From Methanomassiliicoccales archaeon (GTDB taxonomy: Archaea; Thermoplasmatota; Thermoplasmata; GCA-020350865), in the NCBI GenBank assembly GCA_020347705.1, contig CP070739.1:2739174-2784040 (forward strand): DNA of 44,867 nucleotides. Reading direction: 5' to 3'. The notes beneath the pieces were generated by a model. The model did no database searches. It saw only the letters and a program-made list of their open reading frames with translations, and had not been told where the DNA came from. The position numbers and the translations under genes are program-made. Below, piece by piece: positions 35,418 through 44,867 of the stretch (its first letter is position 1; each line of letters opens with the position of its first letter).

Positions 35418-36326
35418 ATGTCTCTTAATCTCGATTTAACGAAGCTGAAACATGGCACGGAATTGCTGAAAAGAGGATTTGCTAAGATGCAAAAAGGCGG
35501 CGTGATCATGGACGTCACCAATGCCGAGCAGGCAGGCATCGCGGAGAATGCTGGTGCAGTGGCTGTGATGGCGCTGGAGCGCGTTCCGGCGGATATCCGA
35601 GAAGCAGGTGGGGTGGCCAGGATGGCCGACCCCAAGGTAATCCAAGAGATCATTGATGTCGTCACGATACCTGTTATGGCAAAGGTGAGGATCGGCCATT
35701 TTGTAGAAGCCCAGGTATTAGAATCTTTAGGTGTGGACATGATAGACGAATCAGAGGTTCTTACGCCCGCGGATCCGTTCTACCATGTGGATAAAACCAA
35801 ATTCACCGTGCCCTTCGTCTGCGGCGCAAGGGATTTAGGTGAGGCATTAAGAAGGATCTCCGAGGGCGCTGCAATGATACGCACCAAAGGTGAAGCAGGC
35901 ACAGGCAATGTCATCGAAGCCGTGAGGCATCAAAGGCTGATCATGGGTCAGATCAGAGAACTTTTGGGAAAAGATAACGAGGAGATGACCTCTATTGCGA
36001 GGAAGATCGAGGCACCAATACAGCTCGTAAAAGAGGTGGCCGAACTGCAACGTTTGCCTGTGGTGAATTTCGCGGCTGGAGGAATAGCAACGCCTGCGGA
36101 CGCGGCCATGATGATGCAGTTGGGTAACGATGGAGTCTTTGTGGGCTCGGGGATATTCAAGTCCTCGGAACCTGAACCAAGGGCCAAGGCCATCGTTGAA
36201 GCGGTAACACATTTTAATGATCCCAAAGTGATAGCAGAGGTTTCTCGGGGGCTGGGAGGAGCCATGCGAGGTATTGAGATATCCGAGATTCCAAAGGACC
36301 AGAGGCTACAGGAGAGGGGATGGTAA
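35418..36326 (+). CDS. pdxS: Pyridoxal 5'-phosphate synthase lyase subunit PdxS
   Basis: I prefer ATG 35418 (GGGGGAG upstream; [33 protein letters not shown]...). The sequence looks close to other PdxS proteins along its length, for example [15 protein letters not shown] and [12 protein letters not shown]. Confidence 0.9.
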   Translation: MSLNLDLTKLKHGTELLKRGFAKMQKGGVIMDVTNAEQAGIAENAGAVAVMALERVPADIREAGGVARMADPKVIQEIIDVVTIPVMAKVRIGHFVEAQVLESLGVDMIDESEVLTPADPFYHVDKTKFTVPFVCGARDLGEALRRISEGAAMIRTKGEAGTGNVIEAVRHQRLIMGQIRELLGKDNEEMTSIARKIEAPIQLVKEVAELQRLPVVNFAAGGIATPADAAMMMQLGNDGVFVGSGIFKSSEPEPRAKAIVEAVTHFNDPKVIAEVSRGLGGAMRGIEISEIPKDQRLQERGW

Positions 36327-36421
36327 CCAGGAATATTCGTATGAAAAATGAAGGCAAAAAATATAAAAGGGAAAGGCTAATACACACCTTCTTATCCAAT
36401 ATCTTGAGGAGAGACGAAATT

Positions 36422-37582
36422 ATGGAAAAGGTAAAGTACGTCGCTTTGCTGGTGTTGGTGTTGATACTTAACATCACCTTAACAGGATGTTTCGAGGAGG
36501 AGGAAGAGAAAGAACCCTCCATTGAAATCGAACTTATAGGTGGCTCCCATAAAATCTATGCTGGGCATTCCACCACTTATATCCTACTTATCAAAAACAA
36601 TCAGGACGAAGCCGATAATATCACCCTCGGCCTTTCCGGTCAGCCATCCGGCTGGGATGTGACACTGAACCAAACCTCCGTACACCTGAAGGATAAAGGT
36701 ACCTTGGGTGTCTTTTTGGTAGTTAACGCCTCGAAGGATGCCTCAAAAGACGATTATAAGGTCAAGATCGAGGCAGAATCGGAAACGGGCGCAAAACAAT
36801 CCAAAACCATAACAACAAAGGTGATAGGGTCAGATGGAGTAACGGTAAGGATAGGTGACAAAGTACAGACAGACTATATCGGTTATCAGGTAGATTATGC
36901 TGTTTTCGACACATCAATTGAGGCTATTGCACGGGAAGCCAGCATAAGAAAAGGCTCCACCTTCTCGCCTCATGGATACCAACCGTTAAATGTGTATGTT
37001 GGCCCAACCGACCTGGATGATAACGATGATTATATAACCACAGTTGAGGGATTCTGGGAGGCTGTAGTCGGAATGAAAGTTGGGCAGTCCCGCACAGTGG
37101 TTCTGACACCCGCCAAAGGTTACGGTGAATACGCAAATGCCACGATAAACGTCACCGAGGACATTCCCATGATACAGACGTTTTCATTCAGCGAATTTGA
37201 GAGCTACTATCCCAACGAAGAACCCATAGAGGGCGTATCCATGAAGCATCACTTCTGGGAATGGGATTTAAGTGTCGATTATGTAAACGAAACTGAGGAT
37301 GTTGTGAGGATACTCAACGAGCCTTATTTGAACCAAATCGTCACTCCATATGGTTGGGATACGGAGATCGTCTACAAGAACAGATCGGACAATGGCGGTG
37401 AGGGCAGAATACGAGTGAAACATTATGCACAAAACGGTATGCAGACCCAATATCAAAACTTCCCTGCCGAGGTACTTACTGTTGATGAGGAGCAAATCAA
37501 AATAAAATATAACAAAGGTTCCCACGAGCTTGCCACTGAAATCCTCATATTTGACATTACTTTACTCGACATTCCAGATTAA
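36422..37582 (+). CDS. Secreted lipoprotein-like protein with an FKBP-type peptidyl-prolyl isomerase domain
   Basis: I prefer ATG 36422 (MEKVKYVALLVLVLILNITLTGC, lipobox-like). An Ig-like N-domain comes first. The FKBP-like segment follows: GDKVQTDYIGYQVDYAVFDTS...VEGFWEAVVGMKVGQSRTVVLTPAKGYG. Confidence 0.6.
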   Translation: MEKVKYVALLVLVLILNITLTGCFEEEEEKEPSIEIELIGGSHKIYAGHSTTYILLIKNNQDEADNITLGLSGQPSGWDVTLNQTSVHLKDKGTLGVFLVVNASKDASKDDYKVKIEAESETGAKQSKTITTKVIGSDGVTVRIGDKVQTDYIGYQVDYAVFDTSIEAIAREASIRKGSTFSPHGYQPLNVYVGPTDLDDNDDYITTVEGFWEAVVGMKVGQSRTVVLTPAKGYGEYANATINVTEDIPMIQTFSFSEFESYYPNEEPIEGVSMKHHFWEWDLSVDYVNETEDVVRILNEPYLNQIVTPYGWDTEIVYKNRSDNGGEGRIRVKHYAQNGMQTQYQNFPAEVLTVDEEQIKIKYNKGSHELATEILIFDITLLDIPD

Positions 37583-37722
37583 CTTCTTCCCGGACCTCAC
37601 CCGGAAATTCGCATTAACATCTTTTATGGGAAAAAACCCATAGAAACAATCAAATATGATGAAACGATTAAGGACGGAATACCCAATTTACCAAAGCCAG
37701 AAAAACCAAAAGAGGAATGAGA

Positions 37723-38175
37723 ATGGTGAATGTATACGATGTTCCCCCAGATATTCTCATCGATAAGGTTGCAGAGAAACTGAAAGCCGAAGGCAAGATC
37801 AAGCCCCCTGAGTGGGCGGATTTTGTCAAGACAGGTGTGCACAGAGAAAAAGCACCAAATCAGGATGACTGGTGGTATCGGAGGGTAGCGGCCGTCCTCA
37901 GAAAACTCTATATAAAAGGCCCGATCGGTGTGTCTAGGCTGAGCTCGGAATTCGGCGGGAGGGTGGATCGCGGCTCAAAGCCCTATAAAGCACGAAAAGG
38001 GGGCAAATCCATCATTAGAACCGCGCTGAAGCAGTTGGAAGAGCAGGGGCTCGTAGTAAATGAAAAGGGCCGAGGCAGGATGATCTCCCCGCCCGGAAGG
38101 TCGCTTTTAGACAACATCTCGTACGACATATTCAAGGAACTGGCAAAAGAAAATGTTGAACTTGGTAAATACTGA
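37723..38175 (+). CDS. rps19e: 30S ribosomal protein S19e
   Basis: The sequence opens MVNVYDVPPDILIDKVAEKLK...PEWADFVKTGVHREKAP...WWYRRVAAVLRKLY. An alternative ATG lies at 37717. Confidence 0.9.
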   Translation: MVNVYDVPPDILIDKVAEKLKAEGKIKPPEWADFVKTGVHREKAPNQDDWWYRRVAAVLRKLYIKGPIGVSRLSSEFGGRVDRGSKPYKARKGGKSIIRTALKQLEEQGLVVNEKGRGRMISPPGRSLLDNISYDIFKELAKENVELGKY

Positions 38176-38181
38176 GGCTAA

Positions 38182-38523
38182 GTGATTTCCATGGAAGAAG
38201 AGGATGAATTGGAGGTGATAAGGAAAAAAAAACTAGAAGAACTCCAATTGCAATCCCAGCAGCAGGCGGCCTTTGAGGAGCAGCAGCGCCTTATGGAGGC
38301 CCAAAGACAGACGATAATGCGGCAGATATTAACACCAAAGGCAAGGGAGAGGCTGGGCAGATTGAAAACCGCCCGTCCGGAATTGGTTCAAGCAATCGAG
38401 GAGCAGCTCATTGCCCTTGCAAGAGCAGGACGGGTTGTGGGTCAAATCGACGATGATGAGCTTCGCAAACTTTTAAGCAAGCTTACACCCAAAAAGAGGG
38501 AGATTAAAATCGAAAGGAGATGA
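38182..38523 (+). CDS. DNA-binding protein, PDCD5/TFAR19 family
   Basis: The sequence has a Glu/Gln-rich N-terminus followed by [36 protein letters not shown]. The start is either GTG 38182 or ATG 38191. Confidence 0.8.
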   Translation: MISMEEEDELEVIRKKKLEELQLQSQQQAAFEEQQRLMEAQRQTIMRQILTPKARERLGRLKTARPELVQAIEEQLIALARAGRVVGQIDDDELRKLLSKLTPKKREIKIERR

Positions 38524-38531
38524 GGGTTCCC

Positions 38532-38687
38532 ATGGCAAGGAATAAACCGTTTGGTAAAAAGTTAAGGTTGATTAAGGCCACGAAAAGAAATCGGAGAGTG
38601 CCAACATGGGTGATGATGCGTACGAATCGTAGGTTCGCAAGACATCCGAAGCGGCATTCCTGGCGAAGTTCGAAATTGAAAAGATAA
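38532..38687 (+). CDS. rpl39e: 50S ribosomal protein L39e (below the ORF-track cutoff)
   Basis: My translation is [51 protein letters not shown] (51 aa), which is typical of eL39. It sits in the conserved position before eL31. Confidence 0.9.
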   Translation: MARNKPFGKKLRLIKATKRNRRVPTWVMMRTNRRFARHPKRHSWRSSKLKR

Positions 38688-38703
38688 AAGGGGGGTGTGA
38701 ACG

Positions 38704-38976
38704 ATGCCAGAAGATGAGGAAGAAGAGCATATATTCACGGTCCCACTGTCCAAATGTAAAAACCTGCCAAGGACGAAGCGGGCGCGGGTCGCTATGAGCA
38801 CGGTAAGGAGCTATATCGCTTCCCATATGAAGGTACCAGAAAAGGATGTTTGGGTGGATGCCAGTGTAAATGACAGCATTTGGTCAAGGGGGATTTCAAA
38901 GCCGCCCTCAAGAATTCGTGTGAAGGCCATCAAATTCGAGGATGGATTGGTGGAGGTATCCACACTCGAAGGATGA
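38704..38976 (+). CDS. rpl31e: 50S ribosomal protein L31e
   Basis: 90 aa. The sequence reads IFTVPLSK...PRTKRARVAMSTVRSYIASHMK...VWVDASVNDSIWSRGISKPPSRIRV. Confidence 0.9.
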   Translation: MPEDEEEEHIFTVPLSKCKNLPRTKRARVAMSTVRSYIASHMKVPEKDVWVDASVNDSIWSRGISKPPSRIRVKAIKFEDGLVEVSTLEG

Positions 38977-39004
38977 TTTAAAAACCACATGAGGTAGGGT
39001 TCTT

Positions 39005-39661
39005 TTGCTTAGGAAACTGGATATCAATGGCAATCCATTTATCGGTGTTTATTGTCATGCAAACGAGGAATTTGCTATTGTCCCTCCAGAACTTACCAAG
39101 GAAATGATATCAAGAATCGAGGAAAGTTTGGATGTTGAGGTCATTCAGACCACAATTGCAAGCGCGTCGATTATAGGAGTTTTGGTTTGCTCCAATTCTA
39201 ATGGCATCATCGTTACGAATTTCGCAGAAGAAAGGGAGCTTAAACCCATTAAAAACAGATTAAATATTCTTTACATATCTGATGTTTTAAATGCAGTAGG
39301 AAACAACATCCTAGCCAATGATAGATACGCTATGGTGCATCCTGATCTCAAGAAGGAAACCGTAAAGGAAATCGAAGATACATTGGACGTCGAGGTCAAA
39401 AGGGGCAATATTGCGAATGTGAAAACCGTAGGTGCGGCCGGTGTTGTAACAAACAAGGGCCTTTTATGTCATCCTCATATCTCCACGGATGACCTAGATG
39501 TGTTAAAAAATAGGTTTGGGGTGAATGCCGCGATTGGAACTGCAAACTACGGCACCCCATTGGTAGGCGCCTGCATTATAGCAAATTCAAAAGGTGCGAT
39601 TGTAGGCTCCACAACGACCCCTATAGAGCTGGGAAGAATTGAAGAGGCTTTGGAACTTTAA
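39005..39661 (+). CDS. eif6: Translation initiation factor 6 (aIF6)
   Basis: 218 aa with a TTG start (GAGGTAGGG upstream). The sequence opens LDINGNPFIGVYCHANEEFAIVP. The pentein-like internal repeat pattern of eIF6 is visible. Confidence 0.85.
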   Translation: MLRKLDINGNPFIGVYCHANEEFAIVPPELTKEMISRIEESLDVEVIQTTIASASIIGVLVCSNSNGIIVTNFAEERELKPIKNRLNILYISDVLNAVGNNILANDRYAMVHPDLKKETVKEIEDTLDVEVKRGNIANVKTVGAAGVVTNKGLLCHPHISTDDLDVLKNRFGVNAAIGTANYGTPLVGACIIANSKGAIVGSTTTPIELGRIEEALEL

Positions 39662-39688
39662 AATGTAGAAATATAAAATTCTCCTGGG

Positions 39689-40327
39689 TCACAGCGTGAA
39701 TACCCAAACCTCGAATTCACCAGGCAGATCCTCGCTTTCAAAGTCTATCTCGTTTCCTACCCTCACTATACTATCCTCGTCCACAAAATCCAAAAAAGGT
39801 TCTACAGGTTTTATGGAAAGTGAAAGCCCTCCTACCCTATAATGCATCGGTATCGCAACTGCGGGTTTGATGGTATGTATGACTTCCCACGCCTCCTTAG
39901 GCCCTATCGTAAAAACATTTCCCACAGGAACGAATAAGATATCCACATTACCTATTTGTTTGAGTAAATCTCCATCAAGCACATGCCCTAGATCGCCAAG
40001 ATGGCAAAAATTTATCCCTCCCAATGTAAACTTAAACAGGATATTATCACCGCGTTTAGCACCCATGGCATCGTCATGGTACGTTTTTAAGCCTTTGATT
40101 TTGATCCCATTTTTCGTGGTGTCAATTTCCCTTTTAAAAATCTTCGTCTTTCGCCCTTCAACTGCTTTAAAAAAGTTATGGTCAAAATGGTCGTGACTTA
40201 TTAAAATTATGTCCGCTTTTGTGTAAGGTGGTTTTATACCAATTGACTTTCCATCATGTGGATCCGTTACTATTGTTACGTCCTCTCCTATCTCAAAACA
40301 TGCATGACCATGCCAACGGATTATTAT
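39689..40327 (-). CDS. MBL-fold metal-dependent hydrolase (UPF0173-like); apparent non-canonical start
   Basis: The track lists only 39689..40066. The same frame stays open for 87 more codons up to an in-frame TAA at 40330-40328. Those codons encode IIIRWHGHACFEIGEDVTIVTDPHDG...ILISHDHFDH, which includes the HxHxDH metal motif. No ATG, GTG or TTG occurs in that stretch. GGGGGGAG lies just upstream. Confidence 0.75.
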   Translation of the reverse strand: MIIRWHGHACFEIGEDVTIVTDPHDGKSIGIKPPYTKADIILISHDHFDHNFFKAVEGRKTKIFKREIDTTKNGIKIKGLKTYHDDAMGAKRGDNILFKFTLGGINFCHLGDLGHVLDGDLLKQIGNVDILFVPVGNVFTIGPKEAWEVIHTIKPAVAIPMHYRVGGLSLSIKPVEPFLDFVDEDSIVRVGNEIDFESEDLPGEFEVWVFTL

Positions 40328-40808
40328 TTATCTCCCCCCGTTTCATCATGTAATACCCTTATGAGTATATAATTTCTACGATGATTTATTTTATCTTTTC
40401 CTAAAGAAAAATCAAATGATTTTTTCTTTGCGTATCATATTTTTCAAATTATTATTTTATTTATAAAACCACCGCTGTTGCCCTTAAAACGGGTTGCAGA
40501 GCCCAAATAAAAGGTACAATCAGGTTATTACCTATATGTTTATATACCAAAACATCCCTAAAACGTGATGTAAACACGTGCTAAGTTGAGGTAAGTATTC
40601 AGCCTTAACTTGTGCGAATCGATGTAAATAGGCGAAAAAGCCCTAAAAAAGGGATGCATCTTTAGGGGTTAGGATGTTTCCGAACCGCAAAACCACAAAC
40701 GGGGCATGCACAAATCCGTCATGCCCTCTTAGAGGGTACCCTCTCCCACTCAGCAAGGGCTTTAATGCTTCCGGAAAAAATCATTTTAAACAATCTAAAA
40801 AACACAGG

Positions 40809-43679
40809 ATGAGAAAACGCTTTATTGCCCTTACGACTATTTTTGTGTTTTTATGCTCCATTATTGTTCAATTCCCATTATATGGAGAGGCCGCCGAGCC
40901 CTCTATTCCTTCTGATCAAGGGTCTGGGGCATTCACAACCACATGGACCTTCAATAATGCCTCCTATTTTAACACAACAGAGACTACGATTGCGAACAGC
41001 GAGGTGAGTCTAAAAACTCACGACTTCATTTGGAACCAGAGCACAAAGAGTGAATTCGATGAGGGGAGTAAAAATAATGTCACGCTCACTCAGATACCAA
41101 ATACTGTTGTGGTTTGGGATGATGGTTTTGAGTACTCAGGCAAGGGCCCTTGGGAAACCGGGATAGTTAGTGGAACAAACGATCAGTGGGAGCACGGGTT
41201 AGTTTCAAATATTCCCGGTTTTATAGGAACACATGATTCGGGTATCTATGTTTGGGGAACGAATTTAAAAGGAAAATATGCCGATTCAGGAGGAGAATCA
41301 AGCAATTATTATTTGAAATCTCCATCGATAGATCTAAGCACTTCCGAAAGGACCGAGATGAGCTTTTGGCATTATTATCTCTTTGACAATGATACCAATA
41401 CGAATGATGGAGGTATAATTGAGGTATCCACTGACAACGGCAAAAACTGGGAACAGATATGGCCTAAAGCAGGTTATGGAAGCCATATAGAAGACGACAA
41501 AAATCCTCTCCATCCAACAGATTGTTTTGGAGGAAACAGTACCAGATGGATCCAATCTCAATTCGATTTATCGAAGTATGACGGCAATAAAAATTTCACC
41601 TTCAGGTTTCGCTTTGCCACAAACGGCCAAGAGTCAGACTATGGCTGGTATGTGGACGATGTGGAGATAACGAGCACCACGTTTTCCGACGGTGAAGTTG
41701 AGCTGGACTCAAGAGGAATCACGGGTGGAAACGATCCATCCAATGTAGAACAAGGGAACACCAACTACACGATAATTGATGCAAATAATCCCATAAACTC
41801 TGACGGTGCTCTAACTGAATGGACGGTGTTTACCTCAACAGACGGTGAGGGTAAAATGAAGGTGTTCCGATGGATAGAAGATAATGAAGAATTCCTATTT
41901 GTGGGTGAAACACTACCTGAAGAGGTGAAGACGGGCGAAGTGAACACCTTCGAATGTTATATCGAGGTCGAGGCTGGAGATTATATTGGATGGTACAGCG
42001 AGAACGCGCAAATTTGGAAAGATACCGGGGGAACCGCATTTGTCAATACAACACATGATATTAAATGGCCTTCACCGAATTCGAGCTGGACCAAAACAGA
42101 TTTCACCTACTCTATAAGTGCTAAGGGTACCTTTGTCAATCGAGAAGGTAACCTAATTTCCCGAGTTTATGATGCCGAATCACCTGCGATCTGGGATGAG
42201 ATCCATTGGGGGGAGGATGAATCAATCTTGGATGTTGAAATCTCTTTGCAGACACGAAGCGGAAATTCCTCTGATACCTCAGATAGCTCTTGGAGTTTGT
42301 GGTCATCTCCTTTTTCGAATCCAAACGGCTCTAATAAAATAAATAGTCCATATGCCAGATATATTCAATTCAAGGCCACTTTGACCACCGAAAAGCAGCC
42401 TTATACTCCAACGCTTTACAATGTTTCCATATCATATAGAAAATATTCGGCCGATGGAGGGGTTGTGATAAACGACTTTATCCCGGGCGCACGCGTGGCC
42501 CAATGGCTGGATTTTTCCCCATCGGTTAATCTAAACGGGCAAACCATCGACTATTATTACTCCTTGGACTCCGGTGAAACATGGAGCGGAATTCCTAATA
42601 ACGGGGGCATGTCCTCCGTGAGCGTTCTCGAGGGCAGGATACGGTTTAAAATGAACCTGTCAACAGAGGATACCACGGTTACACCTGTCATCGCAGAAAT
42701 AACCCTTACCTATTCAACCGCAACACCTGAGATGGAGTTGTTTATAGAAGCCGATAAAATTAACGTGAATCCGGGGGATATGATCTATTTCGAGATCTTT
42801 TATCGCAATAAAGGCATAGGAAGTGCGAAGGATGTGAGTATCGCCTTTTCATTGGACTCCAACTTGACTTATAAAGGGGATAATAGCGGTGCCCCCTCGA
42901 CGATAGAGACTGAAAGTATAAGAAAATGGCATTTCGAGGTTGTTGAACCTGCTAACAGATCGTTTATTGTTGATACTCAGGTAAAGTCCTTAAATGAAGA
43001 AACTGAATTGTCCATCTATGCAATAATGAATTATACCGACGTTGGCGGTAATGTTTATGAGGGTGTCATTTCCAATACCATCATAATAAAAGTGACTCCG
43101 GCAATGGATATTCTATTCATCATCAGCCTTATCGCAATAATCGCTGCCATTATTATTATCCTTGTAGTTATTATAATTCAAAGAATAAGGGCGGGCGAGG
43201 AGGTCGAAGAGAGAATATCCGTTGAGGATGTGGAGAGGGGGATAGGATATCTGGTGATGGAAGATAATCCCAAAAAGAGTTATGGTCTATTTTCGGACCT
43301 GATTGATCTAGGGAATACAGGATTGTGCATAACCAGAGCTTTTCCGGGAAGGGTGAAATTGAATTATTCATTTGAAGGCGTTTCGATAATATGGTTGAGC
43401 AGGGCCAGGGAAAAGGACACCATCCTGCCCACAAACCTGGGGGCAGTATTACGCTCCGCACAGGATTTTATGGAAGAAAATGAGCGTGCCGTTATCTTGT
43501 TGGATGGTTTAGAGTATTTAATGGTGCACAACGATTTTCAGAAGGTGCTCAAACTGGTTCATGGTCTAAATGAGATGGTGGCAATAAACGATGCTGTGCT
43601 GGTTATGCCATTTAATCCCCTTACCATGGAGAAGGGCAAGGTGGCCCTACTCAAAAGGGATCTGAAGATACTGGGGTAA
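40809..43679 (+). CDS. Large surface glycoprotein-like protein with a cytoplasmic DUF835-like domain
   Basis: I prefer ATG 40809 (MRKRFIALTTIFVFLCSIIVQFPLYGEA, a signal peptide). The ectodomain has a jelly-roll-like segment (GGIIEVSTDNGKNWEQIW...GWYVDDVEIT) and a DUF11/CARDB-like segment. A TM helix is present (ILFIISLIAIIAAIIIILVVIII). The C-terminal roughly 140 aa resemble DUF835 (GLCITRAFP...IIWLS...LLDGLEYL). Confidence 0.7.
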   Translation: MRKRFIALTTIFVFLCSIIVQFPLYGEAAEPSIPSDQGSGAFTTTWTFNNASYFNTTETTIANSEVSLKTHDFIWNQSTKSEFDEGSKNNVTLTQIPNTVVVWDDGFEYSGKGPWETGIVSGTNDQWEHGLVSNIPGFIGTHDSGIYVWGTNLKGKYADSGGESSNYYLKSPSIDLSTSERTEMSFWHYYLFDNDTNTNDGGIIEVSTDNGKNWEQIWPKAGYGSHIEDDKNPLHPTDCFGGNSTRWIQSQFDLSKYDGNKNFTFRFRFATNGQESDYGWYVDDVEITSTTFSDGEVELDSRGITGGNDPSNVEQGNTNYTIIDANNPINSDGALTEWTVFTSTDGEGKMKVFRWIEDNEEFLFVGETLPEEVKTGEVNTFECYIEVEAGDYIGWYSENAQIWKDTGGTAFVNTTHDIKWPSPNSSWTKTDFTYSISAKGTFVNREGNLISRVYDAESPAIWDEIHWGEDESILDVEISLQTRSGNSSDTSDSSWSLWSSPFSNPNGSNKINSPYARYIQFKATLTTEKQPYTPTLYNVSISYRKYSADGGVVINDFIPGARVAQWLDFSPSVNLNGQTIDYYYSLDSGETWSGIPNNGGMSSVSVLEGRIRFKMNLSTEDTTVTPVIAEITLTYSTATPEMELFIEADKINVNPGDMIYFEIFYRNKGIGSAKDVSIAFSLDSNLTYKGDNSGAPSTIETESIRKWHFEVVEPANRSFIVDTQVKSLNEETELSIYAIMNYTDVGGNVYEGVISNTIIIKVTPAMDILFIISLIAIIAAIIIILVVIIIQRIRAGEEVEERISVEDVERGIGYLVMEDNPKKSYGLFSDLIDLGNTGLCITRAFPGRVKLNYSFEGVSIIWLSRAREKDTILPTNLGAVLRSAQDFMEENERAVILLDGLEYLMVHNDFQKVLKLVHGLNEMVAINDAVLVMPFNPLTMEKGKVALLKRDLKILG

Positions 43680-43785
43680 AAAAGGATATTTTATGTGATC
43701 CCATTAAGATGACTCATAAAATTAAAATTCTTGCTTTAACTTAATTTAGTAACTTTTAAATTGCAAAAACTCTCTGTGGGAGGAC

Positions 43786-44403
43786 ATGGGAGCCTCAGAG
43801 AGAGGGTTATTGATCACTATAGAGGGGATCGATGGCGTTGGTAAGACAACCCAGGCTGCAATGCTGGCCGAATTTTTACGGGGAAAAGGATACCGAGTGG
43901 TGGAGCTGAAGGAACCCACGGACGGCTTTTGGGGAAAGAAGATCAGGAATCTCACAAAAAAAGGAAGAAACGTCACCCCAAAAGAGGAATGTCAATGGTT
44001 CTTAAAAGATAGGATGGAGGATGTAAAGAACAATATAAATCCCGCATTGGAATCCGGGAATATCGTGATAATGGACAGGTACTATTATTCAAATATGGCC
44101 TATCAGGGCGCTTTAGGATTGAACAAAAAAAGAATTCGAGAAGAGAACGAGAAGTTCGCGGTAAAACCCGATTTGGTGATAATCCTGGATGCCCCACCAG
44201 AGACTGGTCTTGGGAGAATAAAAAACCAAAGAAATGAGGACCTGAACTATTTCGAGACAATGGAATATCAAAAAAAAGTGCGGGAACTTTTTTTGAGCAT
44301 GAAGGATTTTGATAACGTGCGGATATTAGATGGAAGCAAAGGTAAAAATGAGGTTCAGGAAAATATTAGAATGACGGTATGCAAATTTTTTAATTTAGAT
44401 TAA
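43786..44403 (+). CDS. tmk: Thymidylate kinase
   Basis: 205 aa. The P-loop is ITIEGIDGVGKTTQ. A DRYYYS motif (DRY-like) is present. Confidence 0.85.
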   Translation: MGASERGLLITIEGIDGVGKTTQAAMLAEFLRGKGYRVVELKEPTDGFWGKKIRNLTKKGRNVTPKEECQWFLKDRMEDVKNNINPALESGNIVIMDRYYYSNMAYQGALGLNKKRIREENEKFAVKPDLVIILDAPPETGLGRIKNQRNEDLNYFETMEYQKKVRELFLSMKDFDNVRILDGSKGKNEVQENIRMTVCKFFNLD

Positions 44404-44432
44404 TCAATACTTTTGGATCAACACCATGTTAC

Positions 44433-44867
44433 TCACTTTTCTTTCTCTTCTTTTACTTTTTTCTTCATCTCGTTGAGTTTATTCAAGGCCTCCAAAGGTG
44501 TCAGGGAATCCAAATCAAGTTTTTTGATATCCTCGATTATGGGATGCAAAACCGGATTGGGCTCGAAGAGCACCAGCTGTGTTAGCTTTTTCTTTGTAGG
44601 TAACAATACCGCCGCTTGCTCCCCCGTACCTTTTCCGCCGGTTTCATCGCTGACCCTGACGATGTTCTCCTCCTCGATGGTCTTAAGAACCTCGTTTGCT
44701 CTATTTATCACCTCGGAGGGCAGCCCAGCAAGCTTGGCCACCTCGATGCCGTAGCTCTTGTTCGTCCCACCTGGTACAACCTTTCTAAGGAAAATAATGC
44801 CCTCTTCGTCCTCCTTTATAGCTATATTATAGTTGGCCACACCTTCATAGATTTCGGCCAGCTCCGT
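44433..44867 (-). CDS. mutS: DNA mismatch repair protein MutS, C-terminal part (N-terminus outside the window)
   Basis: The frame runs off the right edge of the window. The sequence reads VANYNIAIKEDEEGIIFLRKVVPGGTNKSYGIEVAKLAGLPSEVINRANEVL, the typical MutS domain V end plus HTH. Confidence 0.8.
   Translation of the reverse strand, partial: TELAEIYEGVANYNIAIKEDEEGIIFLRKVVPGGTNKSYGIEVAKLAGLPSEVINRANEVLKTIEEENIVRVSDETGGKGTGEQAAVLLPTKKKLTQLVLFEPNPVLHPIIEDIKKLDLDSLTPLEALNKLNEMKKKVKEEKEK

Noticed and set aside
1-44867. I looked for integrases, transposases, toxin-antitoxin pairs, restriction-modification or other defence genes, rRNA genes and prophage blocks.
   Set aside because: None was recognisable in any frame. 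The only mobile-element-like signal is the tRNA-Leu flank structure, which is reported separately.

Overview
Archaeal chromosomal segment. The archaeal assignment rests on the eS19 / PDCD5-like / eL39 / eL31 / aIF6 cluster, an intron-containing tRNA-Leu, UbiA and geranylgeranyl-reductase lipid genes, PdxS, PurD, ADP-forming acetyl-CoA synthetase, Tmk and a MutS C-terminus. I cannot place the lineage more precisely from sequence alone. I call 43 features. Several are absent from or wrongly bounded in the ORF track: a partial FtsX-like permease at 1..932, ccmD, eL39, tRNA-Leu, and an MBL hydrolase whose conserved N-terminus lies upstream of any ATG/GTG/TTG codon.

Four regions look worth a second look:
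1. A c-type cytochrome island. It holds a 30-heme-motif membrane cytochrome with a NapC/NirT-like N-terminus plus a cytochrome b (9548..13018). Next to it is an uncharacterised membrane protein with a Trp-rich, CcsA/CcmC-like external loop (13077..14162). The island also carries a variant System I maturation set: ccmF, and ccmABCDE with a CxxxY-type CcmE and no ccmG/H. That set brackets a second, surface-type multiheme cytochrome, two Lrp paralogues and a V4R-like protein (20471..29558).
2. Three GlcD-like FAD oxidases and two GlcF/HdrD-like Fe-S proteins. One pair is co-oriented and overlapping with two UbiA prenyltransferases, next to a GGR and a radical SAM gene (2120..9400).
3. An array of five partial copies of the tRNA-Leu 3' end, each joined to a different hairpin-forming spacer, directly downstream of the intact tRNA (34463..35140). 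A structured 110-nt element upstream repeats the tRNA 5' end (35141..35250).
4. Two large glycoprotein-like surface proteins with cytoplasmic tails: a duplicated helical motif in one and a DUF835-like domain in the other.

I recognised no CRISPR array, cas genes, integrase, transposase or known defence genes. All functional calls come from motif recognition by eye and need HMM or structure confirmation.
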